The notes under the pieces were generated by a model that was not told where the DNA came from, did not search any database, and saw only the letters and a program-made list of their open reading frames with translations. Positions 1 to 13,057 of a stretch of 64,000 nucleotides of DNA are shown piece after piece. The stretch comes from Hypanus sabinus. Its lineage: Eukaryota. How positions within the stretch are numbered: position 1 is the first letter of the stretch; the number at the start of each line of letters is the position of its first letter. Location of the stretch: contig NC_082709.1 in assembly GCF_030144855.1 (NCBI RefSeq), forward strand, positions 148,490,001 through 148,554,000. Reading direction: 5' to 3'. The position numbers and the translations under genes are program-made.

Positions 1-1797
1 TTTGTAATGATTTCAAGTTCTTTGGCCCCGATCATCTTATTTTCACTATGAATGCCCAGTCCCTATACACCTCCATTCCCTCTTCAGGAAGGCCTCAAAG
101 ATTTCTGTTTCTTTCTGGACACCAGGCCCAAAGAGTTGCCCTTGACCACCACTCTCTTCTGTCTGGTAGAACTCCCAATAATTTCTCCTTCGGCTCCTCC
201 CGCCTCCTTCAAACGAAAAGTGTAGCCGTGGGTACCTGCAGGGGTCGCAGCCATACCTGCCTTTTTGGCAGCTTCATGGAGCAGTCTATGTTCCAAGCCT
301 ACACTGGTATCGCTCTGCACCTTTTCCTGTGCTACATCAATGACTGCATTGGTGCTGCTTCCTGCACCCATGCAGAGCTCATTGACTTCAACAATTTGGC
401 CTCCAACTTCCACCTTGCCCTCAAATTTACCTGCTCCATTTCTGACATCTCTCCCCTTTCTCAATTTCCCTCTGTTTGTCTCTGGAGATAGCTTATCTAC
501 TGATATCTTTTATAATCCCACTGACTGTCACAGCTACCTTGACGATACCTCTTCCCACCCTGGTTCTTGTAAAAATGCCACCCGTTCTTTCAATTCCTCC
601 ATCTCTGCCGCATCTGCTCTCAGGATGAGGCTTTCCATTCCGGAATGAAGGAGATGGCCTCCTTCTTCAAAGAAAGGGGCTTCCCTTCTTCCAGCATCAA
701 CACTGCCCCCAACTGCATCTCTTCCACTTCACGCACATCTACCCTCACCCCATCGTCCCACCACCCCACCAGGGATTGGGTTCCTCTTGTCCTCACCTAC
801 CACCCCACCCCCTTGGCATCCAGCACATAATTCTCCATAACATCCGCCATCTCTAATGAGATCCCACTATAATGGCATCTTTCCTTCACCATTCCCCTCC
901 CTTCTGCTTTCCACTGTGATCACTCCCTACGTGACTCCCTCATCCACTCATCCCTCCCCACTGATCTCCCTCCTGGCACTTATCCTTGCAAGTGGAACAA
1001 GAGCTACACCTGTCCATACATGACCTCGCTTGCTACCATTCAGCGTCCCGGGTGAGGCAACACTTCACCTGTGAGTCTGTTGGGGTCATCCACTGTATCC
1101 AGTTCTCCCAGTGTGGCCTCCTGTATATCAGTGATCCCTGACGTAGACTGGGAGACCGCTTCACCAAGCAGTACACTGTGTCCACCAGAAAAAGCAAGAT
1201 TTCCCAGTGGCCGCCCATTTTAATTCCATTTCTTATTCCCATTCTGAAATGTCAGTCCATGGCCTCCTCTACTGCCATGATCAGGCCACACTCAGGTTTG
1301 AGGAGCAACATGTTATAATCCGTCTGTACAGCCTCCAACCTGATGGCGTGAACATTGATTTCTGGAACTTCCAGTAATGCCCCCCCCCCTTTATCATTCC
1401 CTAGTCTCCATTCCTATTCCTATCTCCTTACCATCACCTCCCTCTGGTGCTCCTCCCCTTCCCTTTCTTCCGTGGCCTTCAGTCCTCTTTTATCAGATTC
1501 CCTTTTCTCCAGCCCTTTAGCTCTTTCACCATTTGACTTCCCAGCTCTTTACTTCAGCCATCCCCTCTCCCAGTTTCACCTATCGCCTACTACCTTGTAT
1601 TTCTTCCTCTCCTCCCCCCCCCCCCCACCTTCTAACTCTGTCTCTTCATCTTTTTTTCTCCAGTCCTGATGAAGGGTCTCGGCCTGAAGCGTTGACTGTT
1701 TACTCTTTTCCATAGATGCTGCCTGGCCTGCTGAGTTCCTCCAGCATTCTGTGTGTGTTGCTTGGATTTCCAGCATCTGCAGATTTTCTCTTGCTTG
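1..1797 (+). mobile_element. Penelope-like element (PLE), degraded RT + GIY-YIG endonuclease + terminal repeat; truncated by window edge; intronic in CD101
   Basis: Frameshifted RT motifs QTKSVAVGT, YINDCIG and LSTDIFYNPTDCHSYLDDTSSHP. GIY-YIG-type segment (CGLLYIS..RRLGDRF..PVAAHFNS) at ~1100-1370. Pyrimidine-rich tract followed by the hammerhead-bearing tail. Confidence 0.9.
1661..1698 (+). ncRNA. Minimal type I hammerhead ribozyme motif in PLE tail (GAAA mutated to GAAG)
   Basis: CAGTC-CTGATGA-AGGGTCTCGGCCT-GAAG-CGTT-GACTG. Stem I is CAGTC/GACTG. Confidence 0.75.
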
Positions 1798-2631
1798 TGA
1801 TCTACAAGCACCATCCCATTTTATTTTGTAAGTCTGAAAAATGATCAGTGTTAGGGTTGGGCATGCTCTACATTTTGAAATACTGACTGTGGTCCTCCAT
1901 GTACTGACTAAATGTTTCATGCTGACTTGGGGCCACATCAATAATGTCAGTCATCGATGACACTTCTGTAATGTTTCCCCACCAATATGCACTTCATGAA
2001 GAGGCAGTTCATCATTTTTATTTTCTTTTTTCTGGATTCTGGGTGTTGTCCCTGCCTATTTCACCAGTTTGTCCCTATCCTCATCCTTGATCAAATGTTT
2101 TGTGTTATTGATATGGAGTATAACTGCAAAATTCTAGTTTTTATTTATATTAGTTAAACCCAAGGCCAGGTGATTATACATACCAATGAAACAATGGTTC
2201 CAACTATGAATGCTGGGAGAGCAAAGACCTATGACCCTCCATTCTGAAAAGCAGCATTTGACTTCTACTTTCTGTTTTTTTTTACAGCTTACTCAATTTT
2301 ATATCCATGTAACTGCTTCCCTTTAAATCTTATTTGTGAGACTTTAATAAATGCTTTTAGAAACTCCATTTACACAAGGTCAGCCACACTATCCGTACCA
2401 CACTTTTGTCCAAAGATTTGAAGTCAAGTGCAATCTTCTGTTAAGAATCCATTCTGGATTTTATTTTTAACCCAATTGCTTCCAACATCTTGAAGTTTAT
2501 CCACCACTAACATTAGGCTGGTCAGCTTCTAATGCATTGATTCTTTTTGTTTAGGAACAGAGTAATAGTGCTTGCAATTCACCAGTTCTTTGGCATCAGT
2601 CCCTATTTTAGAACTGCTATATTTTCTGTAT

Positions 2632-2713
2632 CGGGGTTTCCAGCCTGGGGTCCATGAACCCCCTCGGTTAATACTAGGGGTCTATGGAATTTAAAAAAGG
2701 TTGGGAAATCTTG
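2632..2713. mobile_element. Short hAT-like MITE remnant
   Basis: Imperfect terminal inverted repeats GGTTTCCAGCCT...AGGTTGGGAAAT resembling hAT MITE ends (CAGGGGTTCCCAACC). No clear TSD. Confidence 0.45.
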
Positions 2714-2714
2714 A

Positions 2715-3395
2715 TCTATAAAATTGTTGGTAGATATTCTGCAATCTTCATCCTTCACTTCTATTTTCTAACTGGTTAGGAGACTTACTGACCGCTGCTT
2801 GCCCACCGCCCTAACCCTCATGCATATTCTGTCTGGTAGTCTATATCCAAATGGCATGAACGTTGAAGTTGCCAAATTCTGGTAAACATTCCTCCCCCAC
2901 CGCCACATTCATTATCTCTCTTCTCTGGATCTATCCAGTTCTTTTTACACCCAGTCTCCAAATCACCCTGTTACTTTCCTTTCTATCACCAACTCTATCT
3001 ACCTGTCACTCACACACTCCTCCCACAGGGTCCCCTTCCCCTCACTATTCCTATATGAACACCACACCTACCTAGTTTGACTCCCTGCTGCACCTTCCTT
3101 TCTCACTAGATTCCGTCATCTGAAGCCCTTTCCTGCCTCTGGTTAACTCTTTCCCAGCCTCAGGCATTATTTCCACTCTTTCCTTCTCCATCTACCTATC
3201 ATCCTTCCTTATCTGATACCACCTATCACTTGCCAGCTCTTGCTCCACCTCTTCATACTGACTATCTCCCCTCTTTCAGTCCAGATGCAGAGCCTTGACT
3301 TACAATATCAGCTGTCTATTCTCCCTCCCCACCCACAGGCACCCAGAAGCCGCTTGACTTGCTTAGTTCCTCCAGCGATTTCTTTGTTGCTGAGG
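2715..3395 (+). mobile_element. Old degraded PLE 3' fragment and tail
   Basis: Pyrimidine-rich tract followed by a diverged copy of the PLE tail (cagtccagatgcagagccttgact...gttcctccagc). Confidence 0.6.
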
Positions 3396-3913
3396 TCTTT
3401 TGGTTTCCTTGTTCCCAGGTTGGAGTGGAAGTTGTCTGAAATGGCCACACCAAATGCTGTGTGCCTGAATTTAATGGGAATTGTAAGAAATTGTTTGCAG
3501 TTAAAAGCATTATCAGAATCCTGAGTACGTTGCCATAGGTTTCCTGAAACATTTATTAGTAGTTCAGTGGATCTGCTTCAGGTCAAGAAAATTGGTGTGA
3601 GCTGGTTTTTCTTCCTGAATGGCATTAGTGGAAAAGTTAGCTCAACAGCATTGGTATAATATTCAACCATAGTTGAACTTTTGCCACACACACTTTCCCA
3701 TCATCTCCCCACTCGCACACATTCTGAATCCTCAGAATTCCAAGGGTAGGATTCATGTCTCAATTTAGGATGTTACAAAATGGAAAAACTGGCTGGTTTA
3801 TCAATGCCTCTAAGTGAGAGAGAGAAGATTGTGGAACTGTTGAATTATTGTATGTGAACTTTGTCTTCTCTGTGTGGAGTCTGCAAACAATGCTAAAATG
3901 TGAATTTTTATAG

Positions 3914-4321
3914 TTATCCCAGACACGCTCAGTGCAACATTGGTACCTGAAGTTATAAATAAAGTAGAAGGTGATCCTCTGGAACTGGTCTGTGAAGTAT
4001 CTAAAGAAACAACGGTCCACACACATGTGTCTGTCACATGGTACCTACAAAAAGATGGTCAGAATATCAGAGTTATCTCTCTGACAAGAGATTTAATTCT
4101 AAGTGCTGGAGAACTATATAAGCAAAGATGGGCACTGGGAGATGTACAACTGGACAAGGTCGGGGCCACTTCGTACAGGCTCACTATCCACAAGCTACAG
4201 AAGTCTGAGCAGGGGCAGTTTTACTGCCACACTACAGAGTGGATCCAAGACCCAGACAAGTCCTGGCAGGAACTGACTGAAGTACAAACCAAAAGTACCA
4301 CAGTGAATGTTAAAAGCATGG
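3914..4321 (+). CDS. CD101: CD101/IGSF3-family (EWI) Ig-V exon, domain 2 (first coding exon in window)
   Basis: tttttatag acceptor and G|gtaagg donor, 408 nt, phase 1-1. Reads (V)IPDTLSATLVPEVINKVEGDPLELVC...HTHVSVTWYL...YCHTTEWIQDPD and contains the EWI motif. Confidence 0.85.
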
Positions 4322-6740
4322 GTAAGGATAATTTCCTTTTACAACAACAGTTTTGTGAAGTGATAGATGTGTGGTTAAGCTCTTTGCGGTACATGATGAT
4401 GTTCCAATATGATCTCAGCATGGTAAAATCATACTGTGAAAGACTTTATGACTACCAGGTCTCAGTTCATTTTCAGTTATTAACTTCAAAATTCATCACT
4501 GGAAGAAAATTTTGACACCAGGATGAAAATCTGTGAGCAGTTCAAGCTCAGGCCATATAAGGAAAGCAATTATGTTTCTTATAAATCTAGCAATAGGGTT
4601 ATTAGTAGATTCTGGTGAGATACCAGCACCGCTGATCCCTCTAATGGGGACCGCACTCACTACAGGGCAAGAGGTCAGGTTTGGCTGCAGGATTTAAGGT
4701 CCAGATTTAAGCTACACCAGCTTAAATTGCATCTGGAGGTTGGTACAACATTTATAAACCCTGTTTGAGCTTCCTAACCTTCCTGCACCAAGAATTGGAT
4801 CTCCCCCCTGCACTACCACCCCTGAACCCGCCTCCCCCCAACTACTATCTCCTAATTTCTCTCATTCCTTCTTATTTGTTCTATTTCTTCCAAGACCCTC
4901 CACTTGATGTTTCTCCCTTTTATGTTTTTTTTTGGAGAGGATGTTCATCTCAAAAGCGATTCCTATTGAATTTGTAGCTACCCAAGAGGAAACTGGTCTT
5001 ACTTTATTGTTTCCTACCTACCCACAAAGCTGGATTCTGGAAATAAAAGGAAACCCTCTGGCTGTTCGACTATAATATTTGAACAGAGCTAAAGGCATCA
5101 GGGATCAATTATGTACAGCCTTGCATACTGATTCATAATGGTAGTCCATTATGAAGTGGTTAGCAACTCAAGAAACGCACTCATAGAGTGTTTTTCAGAT
5201 CAGACCCTTGGATTATATATGATATGATGCTTCACCAATCCTTGGATATCTTTGAGGATTTACAGAAGAGAGTCTTGGTGCATAGTTTTACTAACCTCAT
5301 TAGTACCTGATTATTTATACTGAACCTGTCCTGCAGTTCTTACACCAAATCTCCATCAGCTTTTTCCAACAAATGTTCTTTTTTCAAATAACATGAATCA
5401 GAAATTTGTTATTTGAAAATATGAATTGGTCACCTGGACAGGCAGCCACACTTATCAGTTCAATCAAAGCTTTCCCCTTTGATCTTTTGCTAAATTACAA
5501 CAAAGCAGGTCATAAATAAGAATGTAGATATGTTATTTCTATTGGATGTCATTCTGGAGACCAGCAAAAGCAGCCATGAGCAGTTACGTTGAAGACTGTG
5601 TTGACATCATTAACTATATTTTTATATTTATTTATTTAACTACATTCTAAACGTTTCCTATTGTTCCCTGCTTGTGGCTGAATTGCTCCTTTGGATAGCA
5701 ACCAGCGACCAGCTTGCAGTGACTCTGACTAATAATGGGAGTGGCTGAAGATCATAAGGAGCAACAATACATCAGACAGGTTAATTATAGAGGAAGTGGT
5801 CTTGGATGTAGATTTTCTGTTGAAGTTAGAAACAATGACCTTTGATGAAACACAAGTATTATATTAATGGAGTGTGATTCACTGCTATTAAACCTCAGCA
5901 GACTTCAGCTGCTGCTGTGATCAGTTTCATCTTCAATGGTACTTTCTAGTTTAACCAGAAGGAGTATGCTGAATTTTTAAAGTACTATAACGTTTAAGCT
6001 CCAGGCTATGCCTTTCAAAAGTAAGCTTTATATACGCACTTGTTAACTCAGATTGGATAGCTGCCAATATTGAGCTGCTGATGGTCTTTAAATTTTGATG
6101 GGAGAGATGACAGAAAATTGTAATGTTTAAAATTTGCACCCATTCCTTCCTTGCCTTTTTGATCCCTAAATCTGTCTCCAAGTTCTGTTCTCCCCCTCTA
6201 TGATTAAAATATGCTGCTTATATTACCTCACTATTTCTAGTCAAACAATGATGAGTAATGGATTAATTTGAATTTATCTGTGGACTTCAAGTGACTGAAA
6301 TGCAACAGAACTTATTTATAAAGAGGCATCTGTATGAGCTAAGAAGGGTCCCTGTGGACCCAGTAAAGTTTTATATACCTCAATAGTCTCCATTATTCCT
6401 TCTACTAAAACCAAACCAGAATGCTTCAAGGAGTGCAGGTAAATGGGATTATTATTGTCAGTGCTTGATAGCTGGCATGGAGATGATGCGCCAAAAGGGC
6501 CTGTATCTGACCCTTTTGCACATCGTGGGCTACAAATAGTCCTGTTCTTTCTGGTCCATGGAACACCATAAGCCATGACTCTGAATATTTGCGTTGGTTA
6601 CATTTGGACCCATTTTCACCATACTCAGATTTGGCAGTGAAATGTTAGTCTTCCATTAAACTAAAGTTATGGCAAATTTACTCAGTTTACTTTTGGCCAC
6701 ATTCAATATACTAACCCGCATTCGTTTAATTTCCTTGCAG

Positions 6741-7121
6741 GTAAAGAGTTTATTGCTCAGATTAAGGCTGCCAATGCCAATATTAATGTAGGAGGCTCAC
6801 TGGAGATAGCCTGTACAGTTGAAGCTCAGAATATTGCACAGCGTTTCTTCTCAGTGACCTGGTTCTTCAACAATAATGAGATAGTTCGTATTGGACCAAA
6901 TGCAGTTCTGACTTTTCATGGAGAATATGGAACGAGAGAAAATTCTGGAACGGTAGCTGTCAGAAAGAAAACTGAAGGGGAATACATTCTGAAACTTTAT
7001 CAGGTTCAAGTGGATGACGGTGGGAAATATCACTGCCTGGTGGAGGAGAGCGAGGCAGCTGCAACAGGAGCATTCTCTTCCAACAAGACGGAAGAGATTG
7101 AAATCACTGTTCAACGGCCAG
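6741..7121 (+). CDS. CD101: EWI-family Ig-V exon, domain 3
   Basis: ttccttgcag acceptor and G|gtacga donor, 381 nt. Reads KEFIAQIKAANANINVGGSLEIACTVEAQNIAQRFFSVTWFFN...DDGGKYHC. Confidence 0.85.
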
Positions 7122-7394
7122 GTACGAAGCATGAAAATTAACATCTCTTTTTTTTATTTTTGTAGTAATTAGGATACAGTATAGGAAAAAACACATTTTG
7201 ATCCTAATAAGATCTCCAGTCAATGACCATATACAAGCAATGGGTTATGCATCTATCTTGCCCAATGAGGCAAAATGAAAAATTGCTCAATGTCCTTGGG
7301 TTATCACAGCTGATGATTTGACAAGGTTAGAGATAAGGGTCTACTGAAAAAAGCCTTAAAATTAGACTTAATTCACTCAAAGCTCATTTGGGAG

Positions 7395-8085
7395 TGTTTG
7401 ATAGCATTTGAAGTTTTCTTAATGTATTTACCATGACACAAATGTAAAGGAGAATGAAATGACTGGATTTGATGCAGCACAAAAAACACAATAAGAGAAA
7501 GAAAACAGTAACAAAAACATAATTAATAGAAATTAATAGCTTATATATAGATTAATTGTATGTCCATAAAGAGACACGGGTACAGCAGTGTCTGCACATG
7601 AGGGGACTCTGACAGGAAATGATGAAATAGTGGTGGTGGGAGTGCGGTGGGCTGGGTTAGTGGGTGGAGGTGCTGATCAGCCTTACTGCATGGGAAAGTA
7701 ATTGTTTTTCTGTCTGCTGTTCTTAGCGTGGATGCTACATTGCCTTCTCCCTGATGGGAGTGGATAAATAGTCCTTAAGCAGGGTGCATGGAATCCTTCA
7801 TGACATTACTGGCCCTTTTCTGGCACCCTTCTGCATATATGTCCTTTGGTGGGTAGGCTGGTGACGGTTTTGATTACTCGACTAGAGCCTTCCTGTCCAC
7901 TGCAGTACGGTTTCCATGCCATACTGTGATGCAGCATGCTAGGATGCTCTCTACTGTACACCTGTAGAAGGTCATGATTATTGATGTGCACAGTCCAGCT
8001 CTCTTCAGCCTCCTCAGAAAACAGAGGCAGTTGATGGGCTTTCTTGATTGCATTCTGGGACCATGAGAGATTGGTGGACATGTAT
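7395..8085 (-). mobile_element. Rex1/Babar-like LINE 3' fragment
   Basis: Same family as 26697-27672. Degraded KGPVMS.KDSMHPA..LFIHSHQG segment and family tail. Confidence 0.7.
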
Positions 8086-8649
8086 AAAATAATTTTTACT
8101 TTCTCTCACTTTGAGAAGTACAAACTACTAAAGATAAATTGCTGCTGCTCTCCTTTAATAAACCAGCGGCTTGTCGCGACAGGGGTTGTGACAACTATTA
8201 TGCAAATGTAAAGGGGTCCAACAGGGAGAGACCAACATCTACTCAGTGCTACCAGGCTTTAATGCAGACTGTGGAAATAAAGTTACACTTTTGGTAATCT
8301 TTAGAACTTCAAAGTTGTAATGTACAGTATAACAACATCTTGCGTTCTCTGGTAGACAGTGAAATGCTCATAATTCAACAATGGGAGAGATACCTGATGT
8401 CTTCTTTACTGTTGTTCTTATTCCTCTTTCACCTATTTATTGAACTGTTATTCAATATCTGAGTAACAGTAAGAGAGACAGAAATGTATATGTTTTATTA
8501 TAAGTAGGATGTTGGAAGATGTATCAGTGGTAAAGTAAGTAATATTTTGATCTTTATGTTATAATTTTCAATAAAATCTTGGAATTTGTTTTACTCTATC
8601 ATTGTCTGAAGTACTGCAAACATTAACAGCGTCTTCTGTTACTTCACAG

Positions 8650-9054
8650 AAGCCAATCTTAATGTGATGATCACCAGTAATGCCATTGATATTTTGGAAG
8701 GTGGCTTTCTTCAGTTTACCTGCAATATTCATTCAGAAGCAGCTGGCCATGGCCAGCTCTCTATTGTTTGGCAGTTCAAAAACAAACAGAACGTAAAGAA
8801 TGACATAATCGAAATGAACAGGAATGGTGTTCAAGTTGCAGCTGAGCCCTATCGTGAGCGCCTCATTCATGGTGATATCAGGATGGCAAGAGTGAAATCG
8901 GATGTTTTCACTTTGGGAATTTATAATGCACGCACTTCGGATGAAGGACTGTATTCTTGCAAAGTTACGGAGTGGGAAATAAAGTCTGACCAAAACTGGC
9001 GTTTAATTGGAGAGTACGAAAGCAGTGATAAGGCAGTGACTATTAAATCTCTGA
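8650..9054 (+). CDS. CD101: EWI-family Ig-V exon, domain 4
   Basis: acttcacag acceptor and A|gtaagc donor, 405 nt. Reads ANLNVMITSNAIDILEGGFLQFTC...DEGLYSCKVTEW. Confidence 0.85.
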
Positions 9055-9738
9055 GTAAGCAATTCCATATCACATATCTATGATAGTTGATTATAACAAA
9101 ATGAATTGCTGGGCTTTCAGCTGGGCCTAGAATGTTTTTTTTTAATTGGGTAAGTCTTGTAGGTGACTGAGGCAGACCATGGTACATTGAAAAATAAGAA
9201 TTTCTCTAGCTTTGGGGAATCAGATTAAATAATTGATTATTGGTAGAAAATGAACGATTCCCTTTTTAACACGGAAAAAAATCCTTATTAGGCTTTATGT
9301 GTATTTTATCAGGTAATTTCTCAGTTAAGGAAGTGAAAGTTTGTTGGGGTGAAATCGCAGAATTCATTGGATTAAACAATTGGTTCCCTGCAAGCTCCCT
9401 CCCCCCACTGGGGCACAACCCACTGAATACGCTAGGCAGATTGTTGCCACAGTCAAAATCTCTTCAGTGTTTTTTTTTGGAAGGGTTGTTCTCAAAGCTT
9501 CAGTCATGGCATTTGTTGAGTTCCCAGCATTAGCTGAGCACCAGGGGCATTGTCATGTTTTCCTGGCAGAGGTAGTGGGACCTCTCCTCACTGGCCAGGT
9601 ACAATGGCTTGCTGCTTCAGCAAGTTCTGAACCAAGGAAACCAATGTCATGGTATCTTAAACAGTTATTGTCCACTTTGGAAACACCTGCTTTATTTTGG
9701 ACCAATTCAGTTCAGGATTCACTACGTGTTTTCACTAA

Positions 9739-10335
9739 TGCTGGCTTTTATAACAAGAGGAATTGAATATAGGGGTAAAGAGGTCCTTCTGCAGCTGTAC
9801 AGGGCCCTGGTGAGACCCCACCTGGAGTATTGTGTGCAGTTTTGGTCTCTAAATTTGAGGAAGGACATTCTTGCTATTGAGGGAGTGCAGCGTAGGTTCA
9901 CAAGGTTAATTCCCAGAATGGCAGGACTGTCATATGTTGAAAGATTGGAGCGACTGGGCTTGTATACACTGGAATTTAGAAGGATGAGAGGGGATCTGAT
10001 TGAAACATATAAGATTATTAAGGGATTGGACACAATGGAGGGAGGAAGTATGTTCCCGCTGATGGGTGAGTCCAGAACTAGAGGCCACAGTTTAAGAATA
10101 AGGGGTAGGCCATTTAGAACAGAGATGCGGAAAAACTTTTTCACCCAGAGAGTGGTGGATATGTGGAATGCTCTGCACCAGAAGGCAGTGGAGGCCAAAT
10201 CTCTGGATGCATTCAAGAGAGAGTTAGATAGAGCTCTTATAGATAGCGGGGTCAGTGGATATGGGGAGAGGGCAGGAACGGGGTACTGATTGTGTATGAT
10301 CAGCCATGATCACAGTGAATGGCGGTGCTGGCTAG
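9739..10335 (+). mobile_element. CR1 (HER1-like) LINE 3' fragment
   Basis: ORF 9609-10289 contains LYRALVRPHLEYCVQFWS...VQRRFTRLIP...RRMRGDLIETYKI, followed by the typical 3'UTR. Confidence 0.92.
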
Positions 10336-10406
10336 AAGGGCTGAATGGCCTATATTGTCTGTCATTTTCAACATCTCCATTGATTTATCTTTTTTAATGT
10401 TTACAG

Positions 10407-10808
10407 GTAGCAACTTTAAAGTTACTGCCGTGACCCGCACACCAACTGCAGTATATAACGGTACATTTGAACTTCAGTGTATAATTCGGCCTTTAGATCT
10501 CAGTCACCTGCCAACCACCATATCCTGGAAATTCCAACCTACTCATTCGAATGACAGCTACCACCTTGTTACTTTCAACCGTGACACTGCGATTATGTGG
10601 GGAGAGGAGGGAGTGAATTTCAAAGGGAAAATGATAGTAACGAAAACAGAATCCAATTCTGTCCGGTTGCGTGTCTCCAGAGCCAGCAAGCTGGAAGCTG
10701 GGAAGTTTTTATGTACTGCAGAATTATGGCAAAGGACCCATGCAGATCAATGGGTCATGAAAGCTAGTGCAACGTCAAACATCCTGCAAGTGAAGGTTAA
10801 ACCCCCAG
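10407..10808 (+). CDS. CD101: EWI-family Ig-V exon, domain 5
   Basis: tgtttacag acceptor and G|gtaaga donor, 402 nt. Reads SNFKVTAVTRTPTAVYNGTFELQCII...LVTFNRD...EAGKFLCTAELW. Confidence 0.85.
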
Positions 10809-10924
10809 GTAAGATAATGGTTGTTTTCAGTCTTTACATGTTCATAGTCTAGCTTACTATTTATTGCAAGTAACAGAAATAGAATTTGAAGATTATACTG
10901 TATAATGATACTGCACAGTGTGAG

Positions 10925-11175
10925 CCCCCGTCACCCCTACTGGCGCACAGGTTGCGGACAACTGCTCAGCAGAGTGCTCTGTTCTGGGCCAGTCTTTCAA
11001 GTGATGCCTAGTGGTAGCCCATCTTCAACGATCCTTCCTTTTCCAGGGAGGATGTCGCTAGAGCTTCTGTAGATGTTTATGTAGCTCTGGGTTTTTATGG
11101 GGTGGGATTGTTCCTCCCATGGCCAACCCTCCTCCTTTGGCAGTCGGGCTTGGGACCATCTGTGGCAGAGTTGCA
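10925..11175 (-). mobile_element. Short RTE-related non-autonomous repeat
   Basis: Resembles similar short repeats at ~14625-14990 and ~34300-34640. Recognised by family resemblance only. Confidence 0.45.
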
Positions 11176-11562
11176 TGGTGTGAACAGGATTGATAATTCC
11201 AGATCAGTGCAATAGATGACAAAACTCTCTGTGATCTGCATTAAGGTCCAGTTTGCCAGGTTTTTTCATATTTGGTTCTTTCTTTATAATCTAATGATTT
11301 CAACTGCAATGATTAGAATGGTCCCTATCATTGAATCATCAGCAAAGCAGAATAACTAGCTTCCCGTCTCCTCTGTTATTGCCAATCGTGATTAGTCTTT
11401 GCCCTAGGTTTATACCCTGATAAGTTGAAAACTTATTGTTGCTCTTCTCTGCTATGCAACTAGAACAATATGAATTTATTTTATTGTGATTTGCCATGAG
11501 CTAAAATGGTGCAAAGAAATATAAAGAAATTTATATTGATACAGTATTTTCTATTTTTGTAG

Positions 11563-11973
11563 TAAGCCTCTTGCAACTTGAGAAGGAAGTTGCAACCATA
11601 CAAAAGAGGATTAGTGACATCACTGAACTCGATTGTAGAATTTTTGCTCGAACGCAGAATGATTCTGAGTTCTCCGTTACCTGGTTCTTCAGTAAGTCAC
11701 GGGGAGAAAAAGAGGAAGCTCTTCTGAACATTAATCGCAATAATATCATTCAGTACTATGGCGAGTTGCATACCAATGATGAAAAGAGGATGAAATTCCG
11801 GATTGAGAAGCCTTCAAATGATCTTTACCAACTAATTATAGAGAAAACTGATGTAACCGATCAAGGGAATTACTATTGCAATGTTACAGAATGGCTTTTG
11901 GATCCCAACTATATTTGGTATCAAGTGGGGGAGGCTGCATCCGCATTAATGTATGTTCAAATACATACACCAG
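11563..11973 (+). CDS. CD101: EWI-family Ig-V exon, domain 6
   Basis: ctatttttgtag acceptor and G|gtaagc donor, 411 nt. Reads ...TELDCRIF...FSVTWFF...DQGNYYCNVTEWLLDPN. Confidence 0.85.
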
Positions 11974-12643
11974 GTAAGCAAGTTTTTATAAAATTTCTCT
12001 TGGCTTGAACTAATGCCCCTGATTTTAAGACTACGCATGGTTTCTGTCCCTCTAACTAGGAGAAAATTGTACTCCTGACCTCAGAGGAGAAAAATATAAC
12101 ACAAGTTCAAGAGGAATGATCCTTTATCTTTAGTGATTCTCATGGTTAATGCTGGACTGGTCGGGAAAGTACTAGGTTTCTGACTTAAAGCCCGGGAAAT
12201 CATAGCAGTGTTCTTTTCAACTGGCTTTCTAAGATAAACCCAAGTGATCAGAAATTTCCTTTTTATGTAGAAGTTAATAATTTTCCTAATTGGATGAGTT
12301 GCCAATTGAAGTGTTGTCAGTAGATGCCATGGCAGTGTTTTAGAGGCATATGAATGTGCAGGGAATGGAATGGTATGAACTATGTGTAGGCAGATGGGGT
12401 TAGTTTAATTTGGCATCATATTTGGCACAGACATCATGGGCTGAATGGTCTGTTCCTGTGCTGTACTATTCTATTTTCTATGTAAGTATTTTCGAAGCTG
12501 TTCTTGTAGTTGAACCCTGAAGATAATTGTGTTTTAACTTAGTCTGTTTATATTCTCCTTAAATTTAACCCCAACATGCAGTGTAGTTTCTATTACTGCA
12601 AGTCAAGCTTCACTGCTTTTTTTGTCTTTTGTTGGTTTTGCAG

Positions 12644-13057
12644 ATGCAAATCTACAGGTTTTTGATGAAAACAAAACTGTGTCGATCACTGAGGGTGTTG
12701 TTTTTGAACTGGGATGCTATATTGTCAATCAGACACAGGCACATTCACAGTTTTCAGTTACGTGGTATTTCCAAAATGAGAATGATTTAAAGCCCTCACT
12801 GAAGATGCTCCTGCAAGCTGATCGCAATAACATCCTTCAGTACCACGACAGCTTGCAGACAGACTTTCAGAGGTTAAAATTCCAAAGTGCAAAGGTTTCC
12901 AACAAAAACTACAAGCTGATCATATGGAATACAGCAGCCAGTGACAGTGGTGTTTACTTTTGCGAAGTGGAAGAATGGATCCTAAGTCCCCAGAATCAAT
13001 GGGTTTCTCAAGGAAGTGATCAGTCTGGAAAAACAACCCTTCACATCCTAACATCAG
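12644..13057 (+). CDS. CD101: EWI-family Ig-V exon, domain 7 (membrane-proximal)
   Basis: ggttttgcag acceptor and G|gtaaca donor, 414 nt. Reads ANLQVFDENKTVSITEGVVFELGC...DSGVYFCEVEEWILSPQ. Confidence 0.85.

Noticed and set aside
10809-12008. Hydrophobic read-through tails after the domain 5 and domain 6 exons as alternative anchors
   Set aside because: Only 11-14 residues, and explained by T-rich intron composition.
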